Below are positions 10,173 to 19,161 of a stretch of 64,000 nt of DNA, one piece after another. A program made the translations under genes and the position numbers. The notes under the pieces are model-generated. The model was given only the letters and a program-made list of their open reading frames with translations, was not told the DNA's origin and did no database searches. Location: positions 66,214 through 130,213 of the forward strand of contig CAWECO010000009.1 in the NCBI GenBank assembly GCA_963807645.1, in the 5' to 3' direction. Position 1 is the stretch's first letter, and every line of letters starts with the position of its first letter. This DNA is from an uncultured Gemmatimonadales bacterium (GTDB lineage: Bacteria; Gemmatimonadota; Gemmatimonadetes; Palauibacterales; Palauibacteraceae).

Positions 10173-10772
10173 TCGAGTCCTTCCAGCCGTGCCGCGAGCC
10201 TCTGCCGCGCGGCATACAGTCGTGACATCACGGTTCCCATGGGCACATCCAGCAGGTCGGCGATCTCCCGGTACTTGAGCCCCTCGAATTCCTTCAGCAC
10301 GAAGACTTCTCTTTGCGAGGGGGGCAACTCCGCGATCGCCGCCTCCAGTCGCTCGCGAAGTTCGTCGGTGGCGCGTATCGCGTTCGGGGTCATCCACGGA
10401 CGCTCGCACCCTGGCCTCGGCGACCAGCCACCCACCGGCCCGTTCCAGCTTTCTTCGTCGCGAACTGGTGTCGCGCGTGAAATTGTAGCAGAGCCTTCGC
10501 AGGATCTGGTACAGCCAGGGATAGAACGGGCGCTCGGGATCCAGGCGGGCGCGAGCCTTGAACGCACGGGCAAAGGCCTCCTGCGAAAGGTCCTCCGCGT
10601 CCTGGGGCGATCCGACCATTCCGAGGGCCGCGTAGTAGCACCGTTGCATATAGATGGATACGAGCTCTCCGAACGCGGTGGTGTCCCCCGCCCGGACTCG
10701 CCGCACGAGGATGGCTTCAGCCGTTTGGCCATCATCTCGTTCGCGCTCCAACTCCGTCTTCACTCGGTTCAC
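10169..10772 (-). CDS. ECF (sigma-70 family) RNA polymerase sigma factor, one frame break (~10385)
   Basis: Region 2 in ORF 9711..10772 (DLSQEAFARAF...PFYPWLYQI). Region 4 in ORF 10169..10735 (REVFVLKEFEGLKYREIADLLDVPMGTVMSRLYAAR). Length mod 3 = 1. Confidence 0.85.
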
Positions 10773-11057
10773 GGGCCGCCGATCGGCTCCCTTCCGTTCA
10801 CTGGTACACGTTCGTGCCGGCTTTATTCGGCTTTCGCGGGGACGAATCTCCGGCGAAGCAGAAGTACGAGCAGAATCGCGATAATAGCGGGGACTTACGC
10901 GTCCTCACTTGAGACTCCGGGATCTGTGAAACACACAATCATGAATCTTAACGCGCGGACCGGTTGGCGCCCCGGTCGGAACAACCGGGGGCGGTGGCGG
11001 GTCTGGAGTTCAACGGAGGCGCGCAGGACGCCCGTGTCTCGATCGTGAGGAGGTGGC

Positions 11058-11594
11058 ATGTCAGGAATCAAGTCCGTCGGTCGCTCGTGGTTCGGCCTGG
11101 CCGGGGCGGTGGCTCTTCTGGTGATCCCAGGATCCGCACAGGGCCAGCAGGCACAGCAGAGTCCGTGCGGGGACGAGGCGCATCACCAGTTTGACTTCTG
11201 GGTGGGCACCTGGGAGGTCAGCAACGCACAGGGGAATGTCGTCGGAACCAACGAGATTTCGTCGATCCTCGGAGGCTGCGTCCTGCTGGAAGAGTGGCAG
11301 AGCGCCGGTCCGTACGCGGGTAAGAGCCTGAACATTTACGACGCCGCCAACGACAAGTGGCACCAGACCTGGGTCGACAACGGGGGCCTGCTGCTCGAGC
11401 TCGACGGCAGGCTGGTGGATGGCAACATGGTGATGAAGGGGTATCGGCCGGGCCAGGACGGAACGGAAGTCCTGCATCGGATTACCTGGGCGCCCCTCGA
11501 GGACGGTGACGTGCGGCAGACGTGGGACACATCCGGGGACGATGGACAGACCTGGGCGACGCAGTTCGACGGACTGTACACGCCGAAGGAGTAG
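11058..11594 (+). CDS. Secreted DUF1579-like protein
   Basis: Intact 178-aa ORF with signal peptide. FDFWVGTWEV ... CVLLEEW ... QTWVDN pattern typical of the DUF1579-like family. GGAGG 6 nt upstream. Confidence 0.65.
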   Translation: MSGIKSVGRSWFGLAGAVALLVIPGSAQGQQAQQSPCGDEAHHQFDFWVGTWEVSNAQGNVVGTNEISSILGGCVLLEEWQSAGPYAGKSLNIYDAANDKWHQTWVDNGGLLLELDGRLVDGNMVMKGYRPGQDGTEVLHRITWAPLEDGDVRQTWDTSGDDGQTWATQFDGLYTPKE

Positions 11595-11597
11595 CCC

Positions 11598-12476
11598 TCA
11601 GCCTTCGGGTTCCTCGACCCTTCCCATCGCCTCGTGCAGGAGCCGGGCGGCGAGCACCGCCGTCCGGTCGCCCTGGTCGGCGGAGGGATTGACCTCCACC
11701 ACGTCCATCCCCACCAGCCGCCACGGAGCTTCCTGGATCAGGGCCAGAGCCTGGCGAGGCGAGATTCCCCCGGGTACCGGGTGCGAGACCCCGGGGGCGT
11801 ACGCTGGATCGAAGGCGTCGATGTCCACTGTCAGGTATACGGCCGCGCCGTCGGGTATGTGCGACAGGTCGGACGGGCGGAACGGGACATCGCGAGCCTC
11901 CAGGATCGTGAGCCGTCCGGCATGCCGCCGCGCTACCGCGAGCTGCGCCTGGTTGAGGGTGCGAACCCCGATCTGCGTCAGAGACGCGACGTGCTCCATC
12001 TCCAGAATCCTCGCTCCGACGCACGCGTGTGACCACCGGTCGCCTTCGAACTCGGGATACAGGTCCGGGTGAGCGTCGAGCTGTACGACATGCACCGGCT
12101 CCTCGAGCACGGCCAGGGCCTCGACCAGCGGCATCGTGACCGCATGGTCTCCCCCCGCGAAGAAGGGAACGGCCTCTCCCACCAGGATCTCTTCGGCCCG
12201 GAGGCAGTAGTCCTCTCGGGTCTCCTCCCACGAACCACCCGGAAGCCAGTCGCCGACGTCCGATACCCGGCCGGCGAGATCGGCTCCCAGTTCGGTCGTG
12301 GCATTGTAGCAACGGCCATCGTACGCGAGGCGGATTCGAGACGGTCCCTCGGCGCTGCCGCGGCGAAACGTGGACTGCATGTCGCACGGCAGGCCCGCGA
12401 AGGCGAGCGGCAGGGTGGAATCAGACTCGACGGAAAAGCAGCCCGCAAACGGGATCGGTGCGTCCATGTCGATCAA
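11598..12476 (-). CDS. Arginase/agmatinase/formiminoglutamase-family ureohydrolase
   Basis: Intact 292 aa. Mn-binding motifs GGDHAVT, VQLDAHPDLY, TVDIDAFDPAYAPGVSHPVPGG, MDVVEVNP. Confidence 0.85.
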   Translation of the reverse strand: MIDMDAPIPFAGCFSVESDSTLPLAFAGLPCDMQSTFRRGSAEGPSRIRLAYDGRCYNATTELGADLAGRVSDVGDWLPGGSWEETREDYCLRAEEILVGEAVPFFAGGDHAVTMPLVEALAVLEEPVHVVQLDAHPDLYPEFEGDRWSHACVGARILEMEHVASLTQIGVRTLNQAQLAVARRHAGRLTILEARDVPFRPSDLSHIPDGAAVYLTVDIDAFDPAYAPGVSHPVPGGISPRQALALIQEAPWRLVGMDVVEVNPSADQGDRTAVLAARLLHEAMGRVEEPEG

Positions 12477-12499
12477 CTTTCTTCGTCGTCCAGTATCCG

Positions 12500-13558
12500 T
12501 CAGCGCAGGAAGAACCCATCGCGCAGAGGGTCTTCGGGATCGATCAGGAACTCGTGCCGGCCCGTGATGTGCGCCGTTCCCGTGACCTCGGGCACGACGG
12601 CCGGCAGCCTGCCGACGTTGGTCTCGGTCACGACTCTGACATCGAACGATGAGCCGATGATGCTCTCGATCGTGATCGTCTCGTCCGGGGCCAGCTCACC
12701 GCGATAATGGTGGATCGCCGCCCGGCCGCTCACGCCGGTCCCGGTCGGGCTCCGGTCCACTTCGCCCTCGGCGAAGATGCACACGTTGCGGCTGTGAACC
12801 GCTCCCTCCCCCGGCTGCACGAAGATGGTCCCGTACAGGAAGTTGAGGTCGGGGTCGCCTTCCGGGTGAACGATTTCGTACTGCTCCATCACGGCCCGCT
12901 TCACCCGGCGGCCCGCGTCGATGAGTCGCGCGTAGGACGCGGGCTCGATCGTCAGACCCATGTCGGCTGCCTCGACGTAGGCGTAAAAGGCCCCGCCAAA
13001 AGCCACGTCGCACCGGACCGAGCCGTAGTCCGGTACATCGACGCGGAGATCCGGCTCGAGCACGAACGAAGGAACGTTGTGGAAGGACACGCGAGCGACT
13101 CGCGTCGGATCCGCTTCCTCCGCCAGGTGGGCCGTCGCGGTCACCCGGCCGGCCGGCGTGTCGATCTTCACGATCGGCTGACCGGCCGCGTCGGCATCCA
13201 GCCGGGCCGGATCGAGCAGCCCACAATCCAGCCCCACCTTCACGAGGCCGATGATCCCATGCCCGCACATGGTCGAGTACCCCTCGTTGTGCAGGAACAG
13301 GACCCCCACGTCACCGTCGCCCGTCACGGGTTCGGTAAGGATGCACCCGTACATGTCGGCGTGACCCCGCGGCTCCCACATCAATGCCCGGCGGAGAGCC
13401 TCGTGGTTCCGGCGGGCGAACTGCCGCCTGGCGAGGATCGTCGCGCCCGGGATATCAGGCCAGCCGCCGGTCACGACCCGAAGCGGCTCGCCCGCGGTGT
13501 GTGCGTCGATCGTCTCGAGGCGCGTCCAATCCGCGGGTACTTCGAAACGCGGGGTCAT
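12500..13558 (-). CDS. Proline-racemase-superfamily enzyme with Cys/Thr catalytic pair; predicted trans-3-hydroxy-L-proline dehydratase
   Basis: Intact 352 aa. First catalytic motif STMCGHG; second motif DRSPTGTG (Thr where racemases/epimerases have Cys). Confidence 0.8.
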   Translation of the reverse strand: MTPRFEVPADWTRLETIDAHTAGEPLRVVTGGWPDIPGATILARRQFARRNHEALRRALMWEPRGHADMYGCILTEPVTGDGDVGVLFLHNEGYSTMCGHGIIGLVKVGLDCGLLDPARLDADAAGQPIVKIDTPAGRVTATAHLAEEADPTRVARVSFHNVPSFVLEPDLRVDVPDYGSVRCDVAFGGAFYAYVEAADMGLTIEPASYARLIDAGRRVKRAVMEQYEIVHPEGDPDLNFLYGTIFVQPGEGAVHSRNVCIFAEGEVDRSPTGTGVSGRAAIHHYRGELAPDETITIESIIGSSFDVRVVTETNVGRLPAVVPEVTGTAHITGRHEFLIDPEDPLRDGFFLR

Positions 13559-13559
13559 C

Positions 13560-14538
13560 TCAGATTTCCACGGTTCGCGCCAGGCCGGTCTCGGCGGCCC
13601 GCTTCATGACCCGCGAAGCGGCCACCACGTCCTGCACCGCGTGGCCGACGGACTTGAAGAACGTGATCTCCTCGACCCTCGTGCGGCCGTGCGATTTTTC
13701 GGCCGCCACATCCCCGATCTCGGTCCACTCCTCGGAGCGCGTCACACCCGCCTCGACACCCGCCACGAGCTCGCCCGCCTCCTCGAGCGCCGCCTCGACC
13801 AGGTCCACGAACACGGTGGCCCTCTCGACGGTGACCAGGTCGACCTCCCGGCGATCCAGCGTGAACGTGCCGATCGCGTTCAGGTGCGCACCCGGGGTTA
13901 GCCTGCGACCATCGAATACCGGTGTCGGCGAGTTCGTCGCCGAGGTGATCACGTGGGCCCCGTCCACCGCTTCGTCGGCCGAGGACGCAGCGCTCGAGGT
14001 CGGCACCGACCTCTGCCTGGAGCCGCTCGATGAACTCGTCCACCTGGTCACCGTCGAGTCCGAACACTCGGATCGTCTCGAGGTCGCGCACGGCGTCCAG
14101 GGCGAGCAGCTGCGTGCGCGCCTGCACGCCGGCGCCGATCAAGGCCCCGATGCGGGCGTCCGGTCGGGCCAGGAGGTCGGTGGCCGCCCCCACCGCGGCG
14201 CCAGTCCGCCAGGCCGTGAGGGCCCCACCGTCCAGGAGCCCCAGGGGCTCGCCTGATTCCGGGTCGAGCACCAGCACAAGGCCCGTCACCACGTCTTTGC
14301 CGAGCTCCCGGTTTCGATTGAAGATCGACACGGTCTTCGCCGCCAGTCCTTCGCCCGGGACATAGCCACCCATCAGCAGCGAAATGCCGTCGACCTCGTC
14401 CACCCGCACGACGCCACGAGGCGGGGCGACGACCCGGCCGGCGGACAACGCGACGAAGGCGGACTTCATCGCCTCGACAGCGTCCCGCATCGGAAGCACT
14501 TTGGGAAGGTCGTGCGCAGCGACGGTGAGCAGTTTCAT
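13560..14538 (-). CDS. Ornithine cyclodeaminase/mu-crystallin-family protein (candidate delta1-pyrroline-2-carboxylate reductase), one frame break (~13990)
   Basis: ATG 14538 (MKLLTVAAHDLPKVLPMRDAVEAMKSAF). Rossmann IGALIGAGVQARTQL. ORF 13555..14847 is continued by ORF 13560..14051 (ADEAVDGAHVITSATNSPTPVFDG...). Length mod 3 = 1. Confidence 0.8.
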
Positions 14539-14586
14539 CGTGTGCGAACTATAACCCGCGCCACCGGCGCGCGTAAGGTAAATCGG

Positions 14587-15498
14587 GTGCGAGTACTCCA
14601 CTTCAGCGATATCCACATCAGCCTTGGGCTGGGCCGGATCCCGATGCGTGACTGGCCCGGAAAGCGGCTGGCGGGCGGAGTCAACTTCCTCAGGGGTCGT
14701 GGACGCCGGTTCGAAAGAGCACTCCAGAAGATCGAACGACTGGCGGAGTTTGCCAGCTCGGGTGACGTGGACCTGGTCGTGTTCTCCGGCGACTTCACCG
14801 CGATGGGAACGCGCGCCGAGTTCGCGGCAGCCCGGGCCGCGATTCATCCGTTCGTGACGTCACCCGCCGAGTTCGTGTGCGTGGCGGGAAACCACGACCT
14901 ATACACCCGCCGAGTAGTCCGTGAGAGGCGGTTCGAGAAGACCTTCGACGGACTGCTCGGGACCGACCTACCGGATTGTCGGGTGGACGGTGCCTGGCCC
15001 ACCGTGCGAACCCTCGGGGACGACGTTGCCGTCGTCGCCCTGAACAGCGCGAAGCCGAACCCGGTGCCGTGGCGATCCAGCGGCCGCGTGCCCGGGCCGC
15101 AACTGGAAGCAGTACAGGAGATCCTCGGGCGATCGGAACTCGAGGGTCGGTTCGTGTTCATCGTAACCCACTATGCGCCGTGTCTCGCGGACGGCCGCCC
15201 GGATACCCCGTTGCACGGATTGGAGAACGCGGGCGAGTTCCTTCAGGCCTGCGCGGGAACGGAGCGCGGCGCCATCCTCTGCGGTCACGTACACGAGACC
15301 TATCGTGTGCGATTTCCCGGTGTCGGGCCGGAGATCTTCTGTGCCGGCAGCGCCACGATGCACGAACTGGAAGGATTCTGGATGTATGACGTGGACGGCG
15401 GAAGCTTCACCGCCCGCCGCGGACGCTGGACCGGGCACGGGTATGAAGTCGAGTCGGCGGAAACCGTCTCGCCGGGTGCCGGCGGGACACCGGGGTGA
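14587..15498 (+). CDS. Metallophosphoesterase (calcineurin-like)
   Basis: Motifs VLHFSDIH, VFSGDFT, VAGNHD, CGHVHE. Track ORF starts at 14512 but overlaps the divergent gene, so GTG 14587 is preferred; the start is uncertain. Confidence 0.8.
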   Translation: MRVLHFSDIHISLGLGRIPMRDWPGKRLAGGVNFLRGRGRRFERALQKIERLAEFASSGDVDLVVFSGDFTAMGTRAEFAAARAAIHPFVTSPAEFVCVAGNHDLYTRRVVRERRFEKTFDGLLGTDLPDCRVDGAWPTVRTLGDDVAVVALNSAKPNPVPWRSSGRVPGPQLEAVQEILGRSELEGRFVFIVTHYAPCLADGRPDTPLHGLENAGEFLQACAGTERGAILCGHVHETYRVRFPGVGPEIFCAGSATMHELEGFWMYDVDGGSFTARRGRWTGHGYEVESAETVSPGAGGTPG

Positions 15499-16136
15499 TC
15501 GAGTCGACGATCAGCGAGCTCAAGTTCGCCGCGGCTCCAGGCGCCGGGGAGGTCTCGGCCATTCTCGTCAAACCACCGCATTGCCTGACGCTCTTCGTAC
15601 TCGGACACGGCGCCGGGGCGGGCATGCGCCACCGTTTCATGGATGGAATCGCCGACGCTCTGTCGGCTCACGGGATCGCCACGTTTCGCTACCAGTTTCC
15701 TTATGTCGAAGCGGGCAAGAGGCGTCCGGACCGCACTCCGACTCTCACGGGGACCGTCCGCGCGGCGGTCGCCGCGGCCCGCGAACTGGAGCCGGATCTT
15801 CGGCTCCTGGCGGGCGGCAAGTCGATGGGCGGCCGCATGACGTCCACTGCGCAAGCTGAAAGCTCCTTGCCGGGCGTTCGTGGCCTGGTGTTCTTGGGCT
15901 TCCCGCTGCACCGGCCAGGCGACGCGTCAAACGCGCGAGCCGATCACCTCCGGGACATCGACGTGCCGATGCTGTTCGTGCAGGGAACCCGCGACCGGCT
16001 GGCCGAGATGGACCGGATGGAGGCGGGATCGTGACTGGAGATGCGGCACCAGGCGGTCATGCACGTGGTGCGCGATGCGGATCACGGCTTCGACGTGCTG
16101 AAGCGAACGGGCATGTCGACCGCAGAGAGTGTATGA
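15495..16136 (+). CDS. Alpha/beta hydrolase (dienelactone-hydrolase/KANL3-like) containing an in-frame TGA at 16032-16034
   Basis: LGHGAGAG, nucleophile elbow GGKSMGG, VQGTRD. After the TGA the same frame continues LEMRHQAVMHVVRDADHGFDVLKRTG (my translation) to a stop at 16134-16136. GTGA start overlap with the upstream gene. Confidence 0.7.
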
Positions 16137-16249
16137 CGAAATGGCGGCCACCGTGCGCGGCTGGACCAAGTCCGATTCTCTCCTGATGTGCGAGAGGGGA
16201 ACGCTGGGCGCTCCCCTCTCATCCGACTGCCTCACGAACGATTGAACGA

Positions 16250-16609
16250 CTAGGCGCGGGTCGGTGGACCCGCGCCCGTCGCCGGGTTGAGCTCTCGCAC
16301 CCGGGACCCGTTCATGTCCCGGGTTCGCTGTCCCCGGCTGCCGCGGGCTGCATCATGCGATCCGCGTGTGCCCTCGCGAGCTCGGTCGCGGGCCATCGGG
16401 CAGTCGGATCTCCTACCTGCTTCGATCCGCGATTCCGGCTGGTGGATCCTGGCGCGATCCTGGCGCTGGATCCGCGTCGCCTGCGCCGGCCGGGCTAAGG
16501 TATTTGCGGGCGTTTCCTGCGCAACGGCGGGTGTCGCCAACACCGTCGCAGCCGCGAGACCCACTGCCATGGCTCTGAATCGGATCGGCATCTTCGATTT
16601 CTCCTGCAT
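16250..16609 (-). CDS. Hypothetical small secreted Arg-rich protein (119 aa)
   Basis: ATG 16609; signal-like MPIRFRAMAVGLAAATVLATPAVAQ. The rest is low complexity, and the frame may itself be disturbed. Confidence 0.3.
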   Translation of the reverse strand: MQEKSKMPIRFRAMAVGLAAATVLATPAVAQETPANTLARPAQATRIQRQDRARIHQPESRIEAGRRSDCPMARDRAREGTRGSHDAARGSRGQRTRDMNGSRVRELNPATGAGPPTRA

Positions 16610-16751
16610 CGGCGTGCTCGCGACCCGGCGTTTCCGGGCCTCCGAAGTACAGACGACCGCTGGCCGCCGATCGGTCACCGCGCTCACGACTGAACGACCG
16701 GTCCTGTCCAGCCACAGTCCATGCTCGTTCCCATTGAAGTTGAACAAAGCC

Positions 16752-16780
16752 TTGACAGTGCATTATGATACCAATATTAT
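16752..16780 (+). promoter_or_regulatory. Sigma70-like promoter upstream of the DUF4397 lipoprotein gene
   Basis: TTGACA (16752-16757), 17-nt spacer, TATTAT (16775-16780) in an AT-rich patch. Leader contains hairpin GACACGG..CCGTGTC (~16796-16819) and GGGAGG before ATG 16859. Confidence 0.55.
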
Positions 16781-16858
16781 GGTAGACAATAGTTAGACAC
16801 GGAGCGGAGGCACCGTGTCACCGAGGACATTACCTCGAAAGATTCAAGGGAGGACCGA

Positions 16859-18957
16859 ATGGGTGTTTTCAAGAAAATGCTGACGCTGACGATGGTGCTC
16901 GGGCTGAGCGTCGGTCTGGTCGCGTGCAGCGACGACGATGACAATGGAACGAACCCGACGGAGCAGACCGCGCAGCTGCGCGCGATCCACGCTTCGCCGG
17001 ACGCGGGCGCCGTCGACATCTATGTCGAAGGCGTTGGGATCGTCGCGGCAGACGTCGCTTACGGCGATGCAACACCGTATCTGACCGTGACGGCGGGCAC
17101 GTACAACGTGCAGCTTCGGCCGGCGGGCGCCGATTCGTCCACGGACCCGATCTACGAGACCGGGAACGTGACGCTGGCGGCCAACACGGTGCTGACCGCG
17201 GTCGCGGCGGGCCTGTTCAACTCGCAGGACGCCGCGGACAATTTCCGCATCGTACCGCTCTTCGAGAGCTTCGCGACGCCGGGGGCCGGCAATGCGATCG
17301 TACGCATCCTGCACGCGGGCGCGGATGCTCCGACCGTGGATCTGGATGTGGGCAATGACGGTTCGTCCGAGATCATGGACCTGGCGCGGTTCGCGGATAC
17401 CGGCGCAGCCGGCGTGGATCTGCCCGGCGGCAGTCCTCTCACGATCGGCGTTGTGGCGGGCGGCGAGACGGTGACGACGTTCACGACTCCGGCGCTCGCT
17501 GCCGGCACCGAGTACTTCATCATCGCGACCGGCCTCCTGGCGCAGAGCGACATCATGGCCGATGACGCCTTCAAGCTGCTCGCCGTGGACGAGGACGGCG
17601 ACCGCGGCCTTCATTCCGCAGAACGATCCCGACGCCGGTACCGCTATGCTCCGCGCGGTTCACGCTTCGCCGGACGCGCCGGCGGTCGACGTGTACGCGG
17701 AAGGCATCGCCGTCCGCTCTTCACGCGACGCTAGCGTACGGCGACGCGTCGCTCTACTTCGGAGGTCCCGGCAGGCGCCTACAACATTCAGCTCCGCGCC
17801 CACCCGTCGACCGAGACAGATCCGGTCGCCTTCGAGACCGGCGCGATCGACACTCGAGGCGGATCAGAAGATCACGGCCGTAGCTTCGGGCTTCCTCACG
17901 TCGATGGATGATGCGGACAAGTTCCGGATTCTGCCGCTGGTCGAGGACTTCGGCACCCCGCAGTCCGCCCTGGTGCGGATCGTCCATGCCGGACCCGGAT
18001 GCTCCGTCCGTCGACATCGACGTGGGCGACGATGGCTCTGCCGAGGTCATGCGGATCTGGCACGCTTCGCCGATACGGGAGCGGCTGGGATCACGCCTCC
18101 CCTCGGTGAGGCGTTGCAGGTCGGTATCGGAGTTGTCCGGGCGGCGAGCGGGTGACAGCCTTCACGACTCCGGCAGCTTCCGGACGGCGAGGAGATCTTC
18201 GTGATCGCTACCGGCAGCCTGGCGGCCGGCGCGTCAACGGCTTCGAGCTGCTCGCGGTGGCCAGCACCGGTTCGCTCGGCTTCATCACGCAGAATCCGGT
18301 GGTTTACGCGCTGCACGGCGGACCGGATGCCCCGGCGGTTGATATCTATGCCGGCGAACTGCTGCTCGTGGAGAACATCGCGTTCGGCGAGCTGAGCGGC
18401 ACCGTGCAGGTACCGCCGGGCACGTACACGCTCGACTTCTACGTGACCGGAACGGGCACCGGCAGCCCGGCGGCGAGCTTCGACACGCCTGACCTGATGG
18501 CGGGCGGCGCATACCTGGCCGTCGCGGCCGGCGAGCTCGAGCAGGAGGGCACCGAGGAGGCGTTCACCCTGCTCGCCTTCGAGGAGATGTTCCTCCCGAC
18601 CGAGACCGCGCGGGTGCGTGCGATCCACGCTTCCGGAGACGCTCCGGCCGTCGACATCGGGACCGTCGCTGCCGGCGAGATCGACGCAGGTTCTGTTCCA
18701 GAACGTCGCGTTCGAGCCAGGCCTCGGACGACATCGGCCTCGAGGTTCCGGTCGGCGACCTGACGATCGGGGTGGCCGTGACGGGTGAAACCACGCCTGT
18801 CGCCACGTTCGACATCACCACGTCCGCCGGCCTGCAGACGTTTGCGGTTGCCGCGGGAGCTCTCGCGCCGGACGGCGTCGAGGAGGCCTTCCGGCTGATC
18901 CTCGTGGTCGTTAGTGCGAACCCGTGGATCGGCGCCGAGGTGCTGCCGAATCTCTAG
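16859..18957 (+). pseudogene. Large lipoprotein built from ~6 DUF4397 modules, about 12 frame breaks
   Basis: Lipobox LVACS. Recurrent module starts LRAIHASPDAGAVDIYV, LRAVHASPDAPAVDVYA, VRIVHAGP, VYALHGGPDAPAVDIYA, VRAIHASGDAPAVDIG. Pieces lie in ORFs 16859.., 17562.., 17908.., 18152.., 18201.., 18772... Breaks by eye at ~17600, 17715, 17735, 17765, 17850, 17990, 18052, 18135, 18178, 18232, 18685, 18735. Confidence 0.8.
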
Positions 18958-19161
18958 ACTTTGACGGAGGTCCTACGGTGTGTCCGGTTCAGCCTCAACC
19001 GGCGCACCTGACCCCGGGCGGTCGCGCAGTCCCGCGGCCGTCCGGGTCCTCCCTTTCCAGCCCCTGTCGTCGCGGGGCCCCGGTCTTCCAGGTTCCCCTC
19101 CGAGTGTCCCCGATCTAGCTTGTTCCCCGCCCATATCCGGTAACTTGGCCGAAAGGCGGCA

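Noticed and set aside
10773-11057. Possible riboswitch or small RNA in the 285-bp intergenic region (hairpin CGCCCCGGT..ACCGGGGCG near 10966-10993)
   Set aside because: It is a single GC hairpin with no recognisable riboswitch consensus. It cannot be supported without covariance-model searches.
16032-16034. Selenocysteine or other recoded TGA in the alpha/beta hydrolase
   Set aside because: There is no obvious SECIS-like hairpin immediately downstream, no sel genes in the window, and the position is not a known redox-active site of this family.
16859-18957. Diversity-generating retroelement targeting the DUF4397 repeats
   Set aside because: The window has no reverse transcriptase, no template/variable repeat pair with adenine-specific mismatches, and the differences between modules are ordinary paralog divergence plus indels.
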